DNA of 64,000 nucleotides from a virus (lineage: Duplodnaviria > Caudoviricetes), in IMG/VR virus record IMGVR_UViG_3300036790_000048, positions 75,588-139,587 of that record, one strand, 5' to 3'. Under the pieces are notes generated by a model that worked only from the letters and a program-made list of their open reading frames with translations, did not search any database and was not told the origin of the DNA. Positions 45,066 through 54,665 of the stretch are shown here, piece after piece. Position 1 is the first letter of the stretch; each line of letters starts with the position of its first letter. A program made the position numbers and the translations under genes.

Positions 45066-46333
45066 TTCACCGCCCATGATGGTAGGTCCAGAGGCCGCGC
45101 CGCCTGGTCGGCTGGCTCGGCCTGCTCCCGCAAGAAGTCAAGCCTCTCGATAGCCGTGGTGAGCCACTGCTCCCGACCGCGGGCAGCGAACTCCGGGGCG
45201 GTCGCCTCCAGCCTGCTGCGGATCTCGTCCATCAGCTCCGGGTGCTGGTTCCACCATTGCCCCGTGGTCGCCCGCCAGAACGGGCTGTAGACCTGCCCCC
45301 CGGCGAAGATCAGGCCGTGGTCGATGGGCACCGGCGTGCCGTCCGCCTGCATGATGTAGTTACCGCCGTGCCGGTCGATGTTCTGCGTCAGGTAGTCCAT
45401 CAGCCCGATGCGCTTGCCCGCGTCGCTGTTGTATACCCGCTGCTTGGCCGCGTCCGGGTCAGGCTGCTTGTCTATCCAGTTGAGGAAGATCTCGCCGGGC
45501 GCGAACTCCTCGGCAATCTCGCCGTTGTCACCGAACAGCCCGTGCGCCGCCTGCACCTGCGCCACAGCCGGAGCGCCCGCGCCGACCGCCTGCGAGATGT
45601 GGTACGCCAGCACCTCCCGGTCCACGGTGGGCTGCTCCATGCCCGACTTGTCCACCACCTTGTGACCGTCGTCCAGGTCGAGGACCTCCACGTGCCCCTG
45701 CACGCCCTGGTCAGGCTGCGCCGGGTCGCTCGTGCTGTGCTTCCGCAGCCCGTCCGCCACCTCCCGCTGCAGCTCGGCCATGCCCTGCGACGGAGAAAGG
45801 TGCTGCGGGTGCGCGGGCGGTTCCGGCTCCGACTCCGCCTGAGACGGCAGCCATCCCAGGATGAGACTGCGAGTCTGGTCCGGGTGGTCGTCCGGCACCA
45901 GCGTGTCCTGGTTGTCATCGTAGCTGACGTCGATCGCAGACTGGTCCACCCACCGGGGGATGCCGACCTTGGAGAAGAACACCCACCGGCCGTCGCGCAG
46001 CTGGATCGCGTGCTCGTCCGGGTGCTTAAGCGACCTCAGGTACTTGGCCCCCTCAAGCATGTCCTCGGACCTAGACCGCGACCGGGGGACGAACTGGTCC
46101 CGCGGCGGGAGCGCGCGGCGGAGGTTGTCCGGGACGCCCTTGTCCCACTCCGCCTCGCCGCGCTCCTCCCAGATGCGCTGGCCCTCCAGCCACTTCTCCT
46201 CGGGTATCCAGCCTTCCTTCGGCCGCCGGGTCACGTAGCTGCGGACGTGCTCGCGCCGCCCGTGCTCCACACGATCGAATGACTTGACCTGCGCGAGCGC
46301 CATCACGCTGCCGTCTTCCAGCCTGATGGTCAC
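45062..46333 (-). CDS. head-region protein with C-terminal PI3K/PI4K-HipA-like kinase
   Basis: VVDK, REVLAY, DYLTQNIDRHGGN and PIDHGL motifs. Confidence 0.85.
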   Translation of the reverse strand: MTIRLEDGSVMALAQVKSFDRVEHGRREHVRSYVTRRPKEGWIPEEKWLEGQRIWEERGEAEWDKGVPDNLRRALPPRDQFVPRSRSRSEDMLEGAKYLRSLKHPDEHAIQLRDGRWVFFSKVGIPRWVDQSAIDVSYDDNQDTLVPDDHPDQTRSLILGWLPSQAESEPEPPAHPQHLSPSQGMAELQREVADGLRKHSTSDPAQPDQGVQGHVEVLDLDDGHKVVDKSGMEQPTVDREVLAYHISQAVGAGAPAVAQVQAAHGLFGDNGEIAEEFAPGEIFLNWIDKQPDPDAAKQRVYNSDAGKRIGLMDYLTQNIDRHGGNYIMQADGTPVPIDHGLIFAGGQVYSPFWRATTGQWWNQHPELMDEIRSRLEATAPEFAARGREQWLTTAIERLDFLREQAEPADQAARPLDLPSWAVK

Positions 46334-46342
46334 AGGAGGCTC

Positions 46343-46591
46343 CTAGTCGTCGCTCTCGTACAGCCCAGGGATCTCTGACAGAATTTTCCGCGCGCCAGAG
46401 ACATCGGGGCCGCTGACCACAAGGCCGTGATCCTCCAGCGCCTGCAGGTCCCACGGCCCGAACTCGAACCTGTCTCGCGACTGCCTTGAGTACTCCATGA
46501 GAAGCACAAGCGCCACCGAGTAGGCCAGGCGCATGGACGCCCGGTAGCGGATGCTTTCAGTGATCTCGGCTGGCTGGGCCGGGGTGCTCAC
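46343..46591 (-). CDS. hypothetical protein
   Basis: Coupled to neighbours. Confidence 0.55.
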   Translation of the reverse strand: MSTPAQPAEITESIRYRASMRLAYSVALVLLMEYSRQSRDRFEFGPWDLQALEDHGLVVSGPDVSGARKILSEIPGLYESDD

Positions 46592-46836
46592 TTAAGCACC
46601 ACCCGCTGGATCTCATAGGAGATGATCGTCTCGTCCGTTCCCTCGATGACGCGCAGGTCGTGCGGCTGCGTACCACCGGACTCCGCCTCGATGATCTGCA
46701 TGACCTCGTACCGGTCGGTCTCGTACCGGTCGTACTCGTCGCCCTCCGTGACCTCCGGGTCCGGTGGCTTGATCACCCACTCCACCCGCCGGATGGCCAC
46801 CTCACGGCGCGGGAACTTGGTCTTCACGTCGCTCAC
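46588..46836 (-). CDS. acidic hypothetical protein
   Basis: GTGA overlap with the MuF-like gene. Confidence 0.6.
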   Translation of the reverse strand: MSDVKTKFPRREVAIRRVEWVIKPPDPEVTEGDEYDRYETDRYEVMQIIEAESGGTQPHDLRVIEGTDETIISYEIQRVVLK

Positions 46837-47723
46837 TGTCTCCCCACCTCCCGGTGCTTCTGCAGCACCTGTCCTAGCTCGTGCACCGCCGCGTGGTGAA
46901 AGCCGCGCAGCGCCTCGTACCTGCCCTCGGACATGGCTCGCACGTCGTCGGCAGAAACGAATAGGTCTGGCGCCTCACGCGGTGAAGGCGCGGGGCTGGG
47001 CGTGCCAGACCGTACCAGAATGATACGGCAGCGGCAGCGGGGATGCCGCGGCGGGCACGATAGATCGACGTAGACCCTGGGCGGCCTGCGCGTGCCGATG
47101 TAATCCCCTTCCGGGAACTCCTGCTCCACCGGCACCGCGGGCATGGCGTCCAGCGCTCGGCACCACCCGCACACCCGCTTGTCCGGCCGGCCGCGCGAGT
47201 CCTTGCGGCACTCCCATTTCTTCATCCAGCCGGGCTCAGCCCCAGCGAGCACCGCCTCGCCCGCGCGCCGCACTCCTGCCACGCTCTCGGTCATCTCATT
47301 GCGGAATCCAAGATGCCAGGCCGCCGACGACAGCTGATTCCGCACCGCCGTGGCCCGCTGCTCGGCCGCCCGCATGACCGGGTTAGTCCCCGGCGTGCTG
47401 ACGCCAGGCACGAACGTGCCAGCCTGCACCGAGTAGAACGCCTGCGCGAACGCCGCGCGCATCGCAGCCGGTGCCTGGACGTACGCCTGCTCCACGTCCT
47501 GCTGCAGCCGGTCCCGGTACCGAGACGAACCCGGCGGCCACGCTTTATCGAGGCTGGCCTGAGCCTTGGCCTGAGCGTTGGCCAGGCTCCGCTCCATGGC
47601 GCGCATCACGTCCGGCCGCGCCAGCAGGTCGTACGGGTCAGCCTGCGGGTTGTTCCTGGTCACCGACTCCAGCAGAGCGACCCATGATCCGAACTGCCCC
47701 GCTACCTCACGCTGTAGGGTCAT
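46833..47723 (-). CDS. MuF/gp7-like head morphogenesis protein
   Basis: KKW..VCGWC.ALD..PPRHPRCRC; follows portal. Confidence 0.85.
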   Translation of the reverse strand: MTLQREVAGQFGSWVALLESVTRNNPQADPYDLLARPDVMRAMERSLANAQAKAQASLDKAWPPGSSRYRDRLQQDVEQAYVQAPAAMRAAFAQAFYSVQAGTFVPGVSTPGTNPVMRAAEQRATAVRNQLSSAAWHLGFRNEMTESVAGVRRAGEAVLAGAEPGWMKKWECRKDSRGRPDKRVCGWCRALDAMPAVPVEQEFPEGDYIGTRRPPRVYVDLSCPPRHPRCRCRIILVRSGTPSPAPSPREAPDLFVSADDVRAMSEGRYEALRGFHHAAVHELGQVLQKHREVGRQ

Positions 47724-49614
47724 CGCCGTACGGGTCGTCGCCCCGCATCTTGATCACGTCCGCCAGGATCTCCCCCACCAGGGACACCATGGCCCGGTCC
47801 TGCCGGCTGAACCCAGTCACCGGGTTCTGCGACTGCTGCCCGCCCGGCCGAGCGCCCCCGCTAGTGGGCGGCCGCGGCGGCGCACCGCCCCCGCCAGGTG
47901 GCTGGCCCGCCCCCTGCGGCTGCGGGCTGCCAGCGCCAGGCAGTCCGCCAGGAGGAGGCATGCCCCCGCCCATGCCCGGCATCCCACCACCGCTGGGGCT
48001 CTCCAGCTGATCCTGCATCTGGGACCGGTTCAGCTTCTGCTGCATCTGGTCCTCTTCGTTGGCCTCGCGCTCGATGGGACCGTAGTCGATGTCCAGGCCC
48101 AGGAACTTGGCCATTTTCTTCTCCAGCTCCATGAGGAACTGCCTGCTCACAGCCCCAGGCGGAGCCGCCGCCAGCTTGTCGAACGTGTCCTGTATCGCAG
48201 CCTGCTGCTCCTCGGTCAGCACGCCCCACCGGAACACCGGGTACTTGGCCGACCCGAAGTTCCAGTCGATGAACCGGGGGATGATGTGGTGGTTGATATT
48301 CCACGCCATGTCGTCCATGATGGCCTGTTCCATCATCATGAACGTCTCGTCGTTCTCGTTCCCGAAGTCCAGCAGGGTGCCCTCGTTGTTGCCAGACCCC
48401 TGGTCGCTGTCGAACCACGACGCCAGCACCGACTTGGACATCTGGTTGTTGTGGTGGTTGATCAGGCCGAGGTAGTCGAACTGGCTCTGCACCTCGTTCA
48501 GGCTGGTGACCGTCCAGTCCGAGGACGGGACCACGATGTACTGCGCCATGCCCAGGTCGCGCAGCGCCGCCGTGAAGTTCTGCTTGTCGCTCTTGGCCGG
48601 GTTGGGCGGCATGGTGCCCACCCGCGTGCCGACCGCGGCGCGCTGCGCAGCCAGGTGCGTGATGTAGTAGAGCTTGACCTTCTTGTCGTAGTGGTAGAAC
48701 GCAGACTCGAACAGGCTGATCCCGTAGAACGGCCTCTCCTCTTCACCGTTGGCGAAGTAGAACGCCCGCTCCTTGGGAATCTTGACGTCGATCGTGCGCC
48801 CTTGGAAGAACGTCCGCTGCCGGAACCCGTTGAACTCGCCCTGCCCGTCCAGCAGGAACGTCAGCGTCTCCGCCGGCCTCCAGTCCATCTTGCGGATCGT
48901 GACCATGTTCTTCATGGGGCCGGTCTTGGGCACCCAGTAGACCATCTCGAACCCGCTGAACCCGTCGAACGTGGCCAGCAGCATCCGCCGGATGAAGTGG
49001 TTGAAGCTGTGCGTCATCCCGCCCACGCTGGGCGGCAGGAAGAACATGTTGTGGATGAACTCGGTCTCCGCCTCGGCGGCCGACCCAGGGTCCTCGCCGT
49101 GCGGCAGCTGCTCTTTCCCCTGGTCCCCTGACGAAGGACCCTGCAGCGTCGTCTCCTCATCCGCCTTGCCGCCGACCGGCTCGTACTCCTCAGGCGGAAC
49201 GATCGCCGCGTTCTTGAGCGCCGCCAGGATGGGCATGGTGACCAGCCGGTACAGCGCCCGCGCCTGCCCGTCCTGTCGCCGCATCCCGATCAGCTGGCGG
49301 ATGGTCACCGGGTCGTCGCGGAAGATCTCCCAGCTGTCCCGGTACGGCGTGGCGAACGGCAGGTAGTACGGGACGCCGACGACGAAGTTCTCTTCCTCCG
49401 GCCGCGGGCGGGCCATCGGCCCGACGTCGGACGAGTCGAGGATGTACCCCTCTTGCCCGAAGCCCTGGCTGGTGACGCCCATGCCGCCAGGCGGCGAGCT
49501 GCCGAACCCGCCGGGCGGAGGGGCCAGCGACCCGGCCGCAGCCAGGCCCAGCATCTCGCCCTCAGCCTCGCGCGCTAGGCCGATGACATCGACTACGCCA
49601 TCATCATTGCTCAC
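47707..49614 (-). CDS. portal protein (Mu gp29/DUF935-like)
   Basis: DGFSGFEMVY, FYGISLF, HHN.QMSKSVLA and IIPRFIDWNFG motifs. Confidence 0.9.
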   Translation of the reverse strand: MSNDDGVVDVIGLAREAEGEMLGLAAAGSLAPPPGGFGSSPPGGMGVTSQGFGQEGYILDSSDVGPMARPRPEEENFVVGVPYYLPFATPYRDSWEIFRDDPVTIRQLIGMRRQDGQARALYRLVTMPILAALKNAAIVPPEEYEPVGGKADEETTLQGPSSGDQGKEQLPHGEDPGSAAEAETEFIHNMFFLPPSVGGMTHSFNHFIRRMLLATFDGFSGFEMVYWVPKTGPMKNMVTIRKMDWRPAETLTFLLDGQGEFNGFRQRTFFQGRTIDVKIPKERAFYFANGEEERPFYGISLFESAFYHYDKKVKLYYITHLAAQRAAVGTRVGTMPPNPAKSDKQNFTAALRDLGMAQYIVVPSSDWTVTSLNEVQSQFDYLGLINHHNNQMSKSVLASWFDSDQGSGNNEGTLLDFGNENDETFMMMEQAIMDDMAWNINHHIIPRFIDWNFGSAKYPVFRWGVLTEEQQAAIQDTFDKLAAAPPGAVSRQFLMELEKKMAKFLGLDIDYGPIEREANEEDQMQQKLNRSQMQDQLESPSGGGMPGMGGGMPPPGGLPGAGSPQPQGAGQPPGGGGAPPRPPTSGGARPGGQQSQNPVTGFSRQDRAMVSLVGEILADVIKMRGDDPYGDDPTA

Positions 49615-49641
49615 ACGTCAGCTATCGGTGTCCAGAGATGT

Positions 49642-50100
49642 TTACGGCAGCAGCGGCACGACCGTGACAACATGGTCCCCCGGCAGCGTCAGGTGGTCCT
49701 GGTCACCGGGCTTATGCAGGTTCTCCAGGTAGTGCGTGTAGACCTGAGGCGACGGTGCCGGGACGGCCGGTGCCATCCCAGGCTCCTGCACCTGGGGCTG
49801 CCCCGGCATCGGCTGCGCCCCCGGCTGCCCGGGCTTGGGCATGGGCTTGGCCCCCGGCAGCGGGGCCGCCAGCCCGACCTTGGCGTTCTTACCCCCCTTG
49901 GGCGGCTTGAACGCCGGAGCCGCGATGACCTTCCACAGCTCCGCTCCCATCTGGATGATGTCCCCGACGTTGACCTTGCTCCACGCCACCCGGTAGGGAC
50001 GGCCTAGCCTGGGCTGGCCGTCCTTCACCGCAGTCGGCTTGGTGACCCTGACGGCTCCGCCAGCCAGGCGGACCACCCGCTCCAGGTGAGACTCACGCAT
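49642..50100 (-). CDS. tagged head-region protein
   Basis: MRESHLERVVRLA N-terminus; Pro/Gln linker. Confidence 0.7.
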   Translation of the reverse strand: MRESHLERVVRLAGGAVRVTKPTAVKDGQPRLGRPYRVAWSKVNVGDIIQMGAELWKVIAAPAFKPPKGGKNAKVGLAAPLPGAKPMPKPGQPGAQPMPGQPQVQEPGMAPAVPAPSPQVYTHYLENLHKPGDQDHLTLPGDHVVTVVPLLP

Positions 50101-50106
50101 GCCTAT

Positions 50107-52113
50107 TCAATCGGGACGTCCAGGCCCGTGGTAGTTCGGCGCTTCCCCTAGCCCGTACTCGCTACCGCCGAACGTCCGGTCCTCCCAGTCGTCCAGGCTG
50201 ACCCGCCCGGCCACGATCTCACCGAACCCGAACCCGTGGTCGGACGCCGCCATGGGCGGGACGAACCCAATGGGCGCGTCGATCAGCCCGTCACCGACGT
50301 AGAAGTTGTCCCCGCCGACGAACGCTACGCCGCCGTCCTCCTGGCCGCCCTGCTGGATGGCCCCCTGCACCGCGCACGCCAGCGCGTCGCCCATGTCCTT
50401 GGACCCGCCGACCGGGTGGTCCAGCTTGCCGGTGGCTAGCTTGTTCAGGGAGTACAGCTCGCGCAGCAGCGCCGGGTCGCGGTCAGGCGGGTACACCAAG
50501 GGCAGCTCCACCCGCCCCTCATTGAACAGATCGCGCAGCCCGCGGTACGGCTCCGTGCTCAGATCGGTGGACACCCGCTTGGACTCGATGCCGTTCTGCT
50601 CCAGGATCTGCATGGAGTCAGCCGACTGGAAGCCGTCAAAGCTGAACCACCGGATATTGAACCCGCGCCGCCGCAGCTCCAGGCACAGCTCCCGCGCCCA
50701 CCGGACCTGTATCTCGCGCGGCGGGTTGGCCCCGAGGTCAGCCTCGTACTTGATCACGAAGTCCACCACCACGAACGGCCGGCGCTCAGTCATGAGCACG
50801 TCCGTGCCGGTATCATCGCTGCCGATGACCTCCTGCTCGTCCCAGTTGCGCACGTGCGCCATGGCAATACCAGCGCAGTCCTTGCGCACCGCCAGGTCGG
50901 CGTGCATGGCGTAGACAGCGCCGACCTTGGGCACCAGCCGGGCCGCGAAGTCGTAGACCGTGGTCCAGCTGACCACCGGGGCGCGGCTGCCGTCCGGGTG
51001 GATGACCCGGCTCACCTCAGGCTCATACCGAACCCGCAGCTGCTCCTGCTCGACCTCTAGGACGCACGCCTCCACCGCGGACTCATTGGAGAAGTACGGG
51101 TTGACCGCGGCCGCCGGGTCGCACTCCAGGCGCGCCTTGGCCAGCACCGGATCGTCCTCGTACTCGGCGTCGAAGTCGCTCCGCTTGCGCAGCGGGTTGA
51201 CCTCCCAGGTGGCCTTGGGTCCGGACACGTAGTGCCGGCTGGTCTCCCCCCGCCGCTCCTGCTCCTTGCGCGCCTCCGCCGTCAGCTGCTGGATCATCGA
51301 CCCCTTGTACCGGGGGTAGGAGATGCGCACGTTCTTGCCGACCTCTGGGAACCGGGTCATCATCGACGTGCGCATCATCTTGAGGATGGCCTCAGCCGAC
51401 TTGGTGGACTCCCGGCTCGCGCTCGACCGGTGCGCCTCCAGCTCCTCTTCCCGCTTGAACGCGTCCACCTCATCCGCCACCGCCAGCAGGAGGTTCAGGC
51501 CCTCCTGAGTCTCGGCGTCGGAGTGGCCGCTGACCGCCTCTCCGAAGGGGTACCGGATCGACCCCTGCAGCGGGTCGGCGTAGCTCTCCAGCCAGCACCC
51601 CTTGCGCGTGACCGACTTGCGCATGGGGCCGAAGAACGCTCGGTTGGCCTGGGGTGCCGACGACGCCACGTTCAGCAGGTGGATCTCGTCCTGCGGCGGG
51701 AACCCATAGTAGTCCAGCGGGCCGGGCAGGCACAGCAGCAGGTACGCCACCCGCATCGACATGACGCGGCAGGTGTGGTCCTTGCCGCCGCCCTTGCCCC
51801 ACTGCAGCGTGATGAAGTTGGTCATGCGCACCGGCCGCGACCAGTAGTCCCTGATCACCGCGTCGCTGCTCTCAGCCAGCTCCAGGTACGTGCGCGGGAA
51901 GTAGATCCGCTCGGCCGCCTGCACCGCGGCGAACTGCTCGGGTGACAGCGGCGGGTTCTTGAGGTACTTCTGGTCGCTGACGAACACGTCCAGCGGGACC
52001 GGCTCCTCCACCCACTGGATATCCAGCCCAGGCGTAGGCGGCAGGCCAGCGTCATCCTCCGCCGGCTGCGTAGCCCAGTCGAACCCGCCAACCAGGTCAG
52101 CGATCTCTGGCAT
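50107..52113 (-). CDS. terL: terminase large subunit
   Basis: GKGGGKD Walker A, VADEVD Walker B, HADLA..KD, FDGFQS and DHP.GGSKD nuclease motifs. Confidence 0.95.
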   Translation of the reverse strand: MPEIADLVGGFDWATQPAEDDAGLPPTPGLDIQWVEEPVPLDVFVSDQKYLKNPPLSPEQFAAVQAAERIYFPRTYLELAESSDAVIRDYWSRPVRMTNFITLQWGKGGGKDHTCRVMSMRVAYLLLCLPGPLDYYGFPPQDEIHLLNVASSAPQANRAFFGPMRKSVTRKGCWLESYADPLQGSIRYPFGEAVSGHSDAETQEGLNLLLAVADEVDAFKREEELEAHRSSASRESTKSAEAILKMMRTSMMTRFPEVGKNVRISYPRYKGSMIQQLTAEARKEQERRGETSRHYVSGPKATWEVNPLRKRSDFDAEYEDDPVLAKARLECDPAAAVNPYFSNESAVEACVLEVEQEQLRVRYEPEVSRVIHPDGSRAPVVSWTTVYDFAARLVPKVGAVYAMHADLAVRKDCAGIAMAHVRNWDEQEVIGSDDTGTDVLMTERRPFVVVDFVIKYEADLGANPPREIQVRWARELCLELRRRGFNIRWFSFDGFQSADSMQILEQNGIESKRVSTDLSTEPYRGLRDLFNEGRVELPLVYPPDRDPALLRELYSLNKLATGKLDHPVGGSKDMGDALACAVQGAIQQGGQEDGGVAFVGGDNFYVGDGLIDAPIGFVPPMAASDHGFGFGEIVAGRVSLDDWEDRTFGGSEYGLGEAPNYHGPGRPD

Positions 52114-52270
52114 CAGCTAGACGACTTGCCTTTCGACTTCGGCTTGTTCCTGGTGATCGCCTTGGCCACGGCCCTGGTGGCGTAGTCCTTGGCGTCCTCC
52201 GGATCAGCGCCGTTCTTGACCAGCGCCTGCGTGATGAGGTCCAGCGTCATCTGCTCAGGGGAGCCTGGCT

Positions 52271-53293
52271 TCAGACCCGGACCTTGGCCGCCGACTTTTG
52301 CGCCGCCCTGTCCTTGCTTGCCTGCGCCAGCTGCTGGACCTTGTGGCCCGCCCCCGCCTTGGCCCTGCTTGCTGACGCCCTGGCCTTGGCCGCCTCCGCT
52401 GCCGCTGCCGACGTTGCCGCCTGCGCCTTTGCCTTGCCCGTTGCCACCGGGTGAGCCATTGCCTCCCGGCCCACGCCCTTGTCCACCACGTGGAACGTTG
52501 CTATTGCCTTGGCTGCGTCCACTGTCCATTTGGCTGCCATCACTTCCGCTATAACGCCCGCCGCGCCGCCGCCGGCGAAGAACGCGATGGCCAGGCTAGC
52601 CACCACAGCCAGGAGGTCGAGCGCCAGCGCCGCCCGCCCCTTCTCGTGCAGCAGGTGAGCCATGTGGCCCTTGACTTCCTCGCCCGCGTCCGCTGCAGCC
52701 TGCTTGGCCTCGGTTTCCATGGCCTCCAGGCGCTGCTGCATGTCGGCCATCTGGCGGCGCAGCTGCGCCACCTCATCGCCGCCCATCTGCCCGCTGTTGA
52801 CCACCGCGTTGTCCACCGCCTGGTCAGCCGCGCTGTTGATGACGCCCTCGTGCGAGACAGGAGCCTGGCCGAACGCCGGGCTGGTGCCCAGCCGCCCGGC
52901 TCGCTGCTTGCGATCGGACTCCATGTCCTCAGCGAACTCCTGCAGGCTGCGCCCGTTGCGCCGCAGCGCCGGCGGAGGCTGGGTGGTCACGAAGCTGGAC
53001 TCGTCCCTCCGGCCGCCGTGCTTGGCCTCCCACTCCTGCTGGTGCTTGGCCCAGGCAGCCTCGCCGCGCTCACGGAAGACCTGCTCGCCCTCCCGCGCCT
53101 TGGACTCCGCCGTCGCACGCGCCGTCCGGCTGGCCGTGTTGTGCGCCGAGTCATGCGCCTTGATATGCGCGTCCGCGCGGGACTCGGTGTGCGCGTGCAC
53201 TACCTGCTCGCGCCCGCGCTCGAACCGCTGGTACGTCTTCACATTGGCCGTGGCCAGACGCAGCAGCTTGTCAAGCGAGGACTCGTCGCTCAC
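52271..53293 (-). CDS. tagged head-region protein with coiled coil and hydrophobic segment
   Basis: SDESSLDKLLRLA; GTG overlaps the upstream stop. Confidence 0.75.
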   Translation of the reverse strand: MSDESSLDKLLRLATANVKTYQRFERGREQVVHAHTESRADAHIKAHDSAHNTASRTARATAESKAREGEQVFRERGEAAWAKHQQEWEAKHGGRRDESSFVTTQPPPALRRNGRSLQEFAEDMESDRKQRAGRLGTSPAFGQAPVSHEGVINSAADQAVDNAVVNSGQMGGDEVAQLRRQMADMQQRLEAMETEAKQAAADAGEEVKGHMAHLLHEKGRAALALDLLAVVASLAIAFFAGGGAAGVIAEVMAAKWTVDAAKAIATFHVVDKGVGREAMAHPVATGKAKAQAATSAAAAEAAKARASASRAKAGAGHKVQQLAQASKDRAAQKSAAKVRV

Positions 53294-54033
53294 CGGGAGT
53301 TGTCCCCCCAGCCGCCGTCCGGCTTTGACCAGGGCTTGCCAGCGCCGCTGCCGCGGCACTCGGGCGAGTCGCCGTGGTCGTTGTCGCCCATGTGGTCGTG
53401 GTCGTGCTCGTGCACCATGACCACCGCGTGCGCGTGGCTGTGCCTGCCCCGCATGGGCGCGTGGTGCATCGGCACCCCGCCGCTCGGAGGGGCCGCCGCC
53501 AGGAGCATGGAGCCGTCGCGCAGGCCCTCCAGCGCCGACGCGGCGACGACGTTCGACCCGATGCCGTGCGACTTCATGGCCGACTTGATCTTGCCCTTGA
53601 TCGTCGCCAGCTGCGCGGCCGAGTACTGGGCGGCGTTCTTGGCCTGGTTGATGTAGCTCCAGGCGGCCCGCGTGTGCTCCTCGGTGTCCACCGGGTAGCG
53701 CTTCTTGCCGTCTCCCTGCACCCCGTTGTCGGCGTACTGCACGTCGCCGTACGGTGCCTTAGAGTTCCCGGCCAGCATGACCCCGCCGTCCGCCGGTGCC
53801 GCCGTCGCCTCCACCCAGTCACCCATGCCCTCGGTGAACAGCATGACCGACAGCGCGTCAGCGTGCATGGCAGCCGCGGCCACCAGCTCCGCCGCCAGCG
53901 TCGGGTCAGACGTGGTGCGCGCCTCGCTCAGCGCAGCGTGAAGCGCCTGGACCCCGAGCCGCATGCTGTCGCCAGAGCCCTCTTGCGGAGCCTGCGTTTC
54001 CCCGGCCAGCCGGAGAATCTTCTCAAGGGACAT
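53290..54033 (-). CDS. tagged head-region protein (PYGDV.YAD..KKRYP domain, His-rich tail)
   Basis: MSLEKILRLA; RYPVDTEEH.RAAWSYIN...Y motif, typical of phage head genes. Confidence 0.8.
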   Translation of the reverse strand: MSLEKILRLAGETQAPQEGSGDSMRLGVQALHAALSEARTTSDPTLAAELVAAAAMHADALSVMLFTEGMGDWVEATAAPADGGVMLAGNSKAPYGDVQYADNGVQGDGKKRYPVDTEEHTRAAWSYINQAKNAAQYSAAQLATIKGKIKSAMKSHGIGSNVVAASALEGLRDGSMLLAAAPPSGGVPMHHAPMRGRHSHAHAVVMVHEHDHDHMGDNDHGDSPECRGSGAGKPWSKPDGGWGDNSR

Positions 54034-54053
54034 GTCCTAGCCTCTCTGCGCCG

Positions 54054-54662
54054 TTAAATCTCCACTCCTACAATCGGGTCTAAGCTGGACCGGCTGCTGC
54101 GCCGCACGTACTCCTGCGTGGCCGCCTCCCGCGCAGCCGAGTCCTTGGTCTGCCTGGGCTGAGCCGCGTAGCCCTGGTGCTTGGGCAGCTGCTCCAGCTT
54201 GTCCGCCGCATCGCCCAGGCGTCGGGCGAAGTCCCGGTCCCCGTACTGCTCCTGGCCAGCCGCGGTGCGAATGGTTCCCGAGTGCGCGCGTGCCAGCGAC
54301 GGCTGGCCGCGGTCGATCATGTCCGCCGCCCGGTGCAGTGCCATGACGTGCGCTGGCATCGCGGCAGACGGCAGCTGCGCCGTCCCCGCCCCGTACCGCA
54401 CGTCCTTGTCCGATATCTGGCCAGGGTGACCGGCCGTGTCCAGGTCCCGTGTGTTGCGCAGGTGGCGTAGCTCCCCCTCACGGGCCAGCTGCCGCAGCTC
54501 CTCTGCGTGCTCGTGCGTCCCGATCGTCCGCTCAGCGTCCATACGCGCCGTCCGGCTGGCCGTGTTGTGGGCGCGCACGTGCTCCTCCCGCCCGCGTTCC
54601 ATCCTCTCGAACGCCCGTACGGACGCCAGGCGCAGGACCTTCCCCAGGGACGACTCAGCCAT
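54054..54662 (-). CDS. tagged head-region protein
   Basis: MAESSLGKVLRLA-SVRAFERMERGREEHVRAH. Confidence 0.75.
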   Translation of the reverse strand: MAESSLGKVLRLASVRAFERMERGREEHVRAHNTASRTARMDAERTIGTHEHAEELRQLAREGELRHLRNTRDLDTAGHPGQISDKDVRYGAGTAQLPSAAMPAHVMALHRAADMIDRGQPSLARAHSGTIRTAAGQEQYGDRDFARRLGDAADKLEQLPKHQGYAAQPRQTKDSAAREAATQEYVRRSSRSSLDPIVGVEI

Positions 54663-54665
54663 CTC

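Noticed and set aside
50107-52113. Intein or intron in the terminase
   Set aside because: Length and motif spacing are normal; no splicing motifs seen.
52113-52529. Gly-rich ORF overlapping 52271..53293
   Set aside because: The Gly richness is the frame-shadow of Ala/Lys codons. Only the last about 45 aa (MTLDLITQAL..., coupled to terL) are probably real, and no clear slippery site was found.
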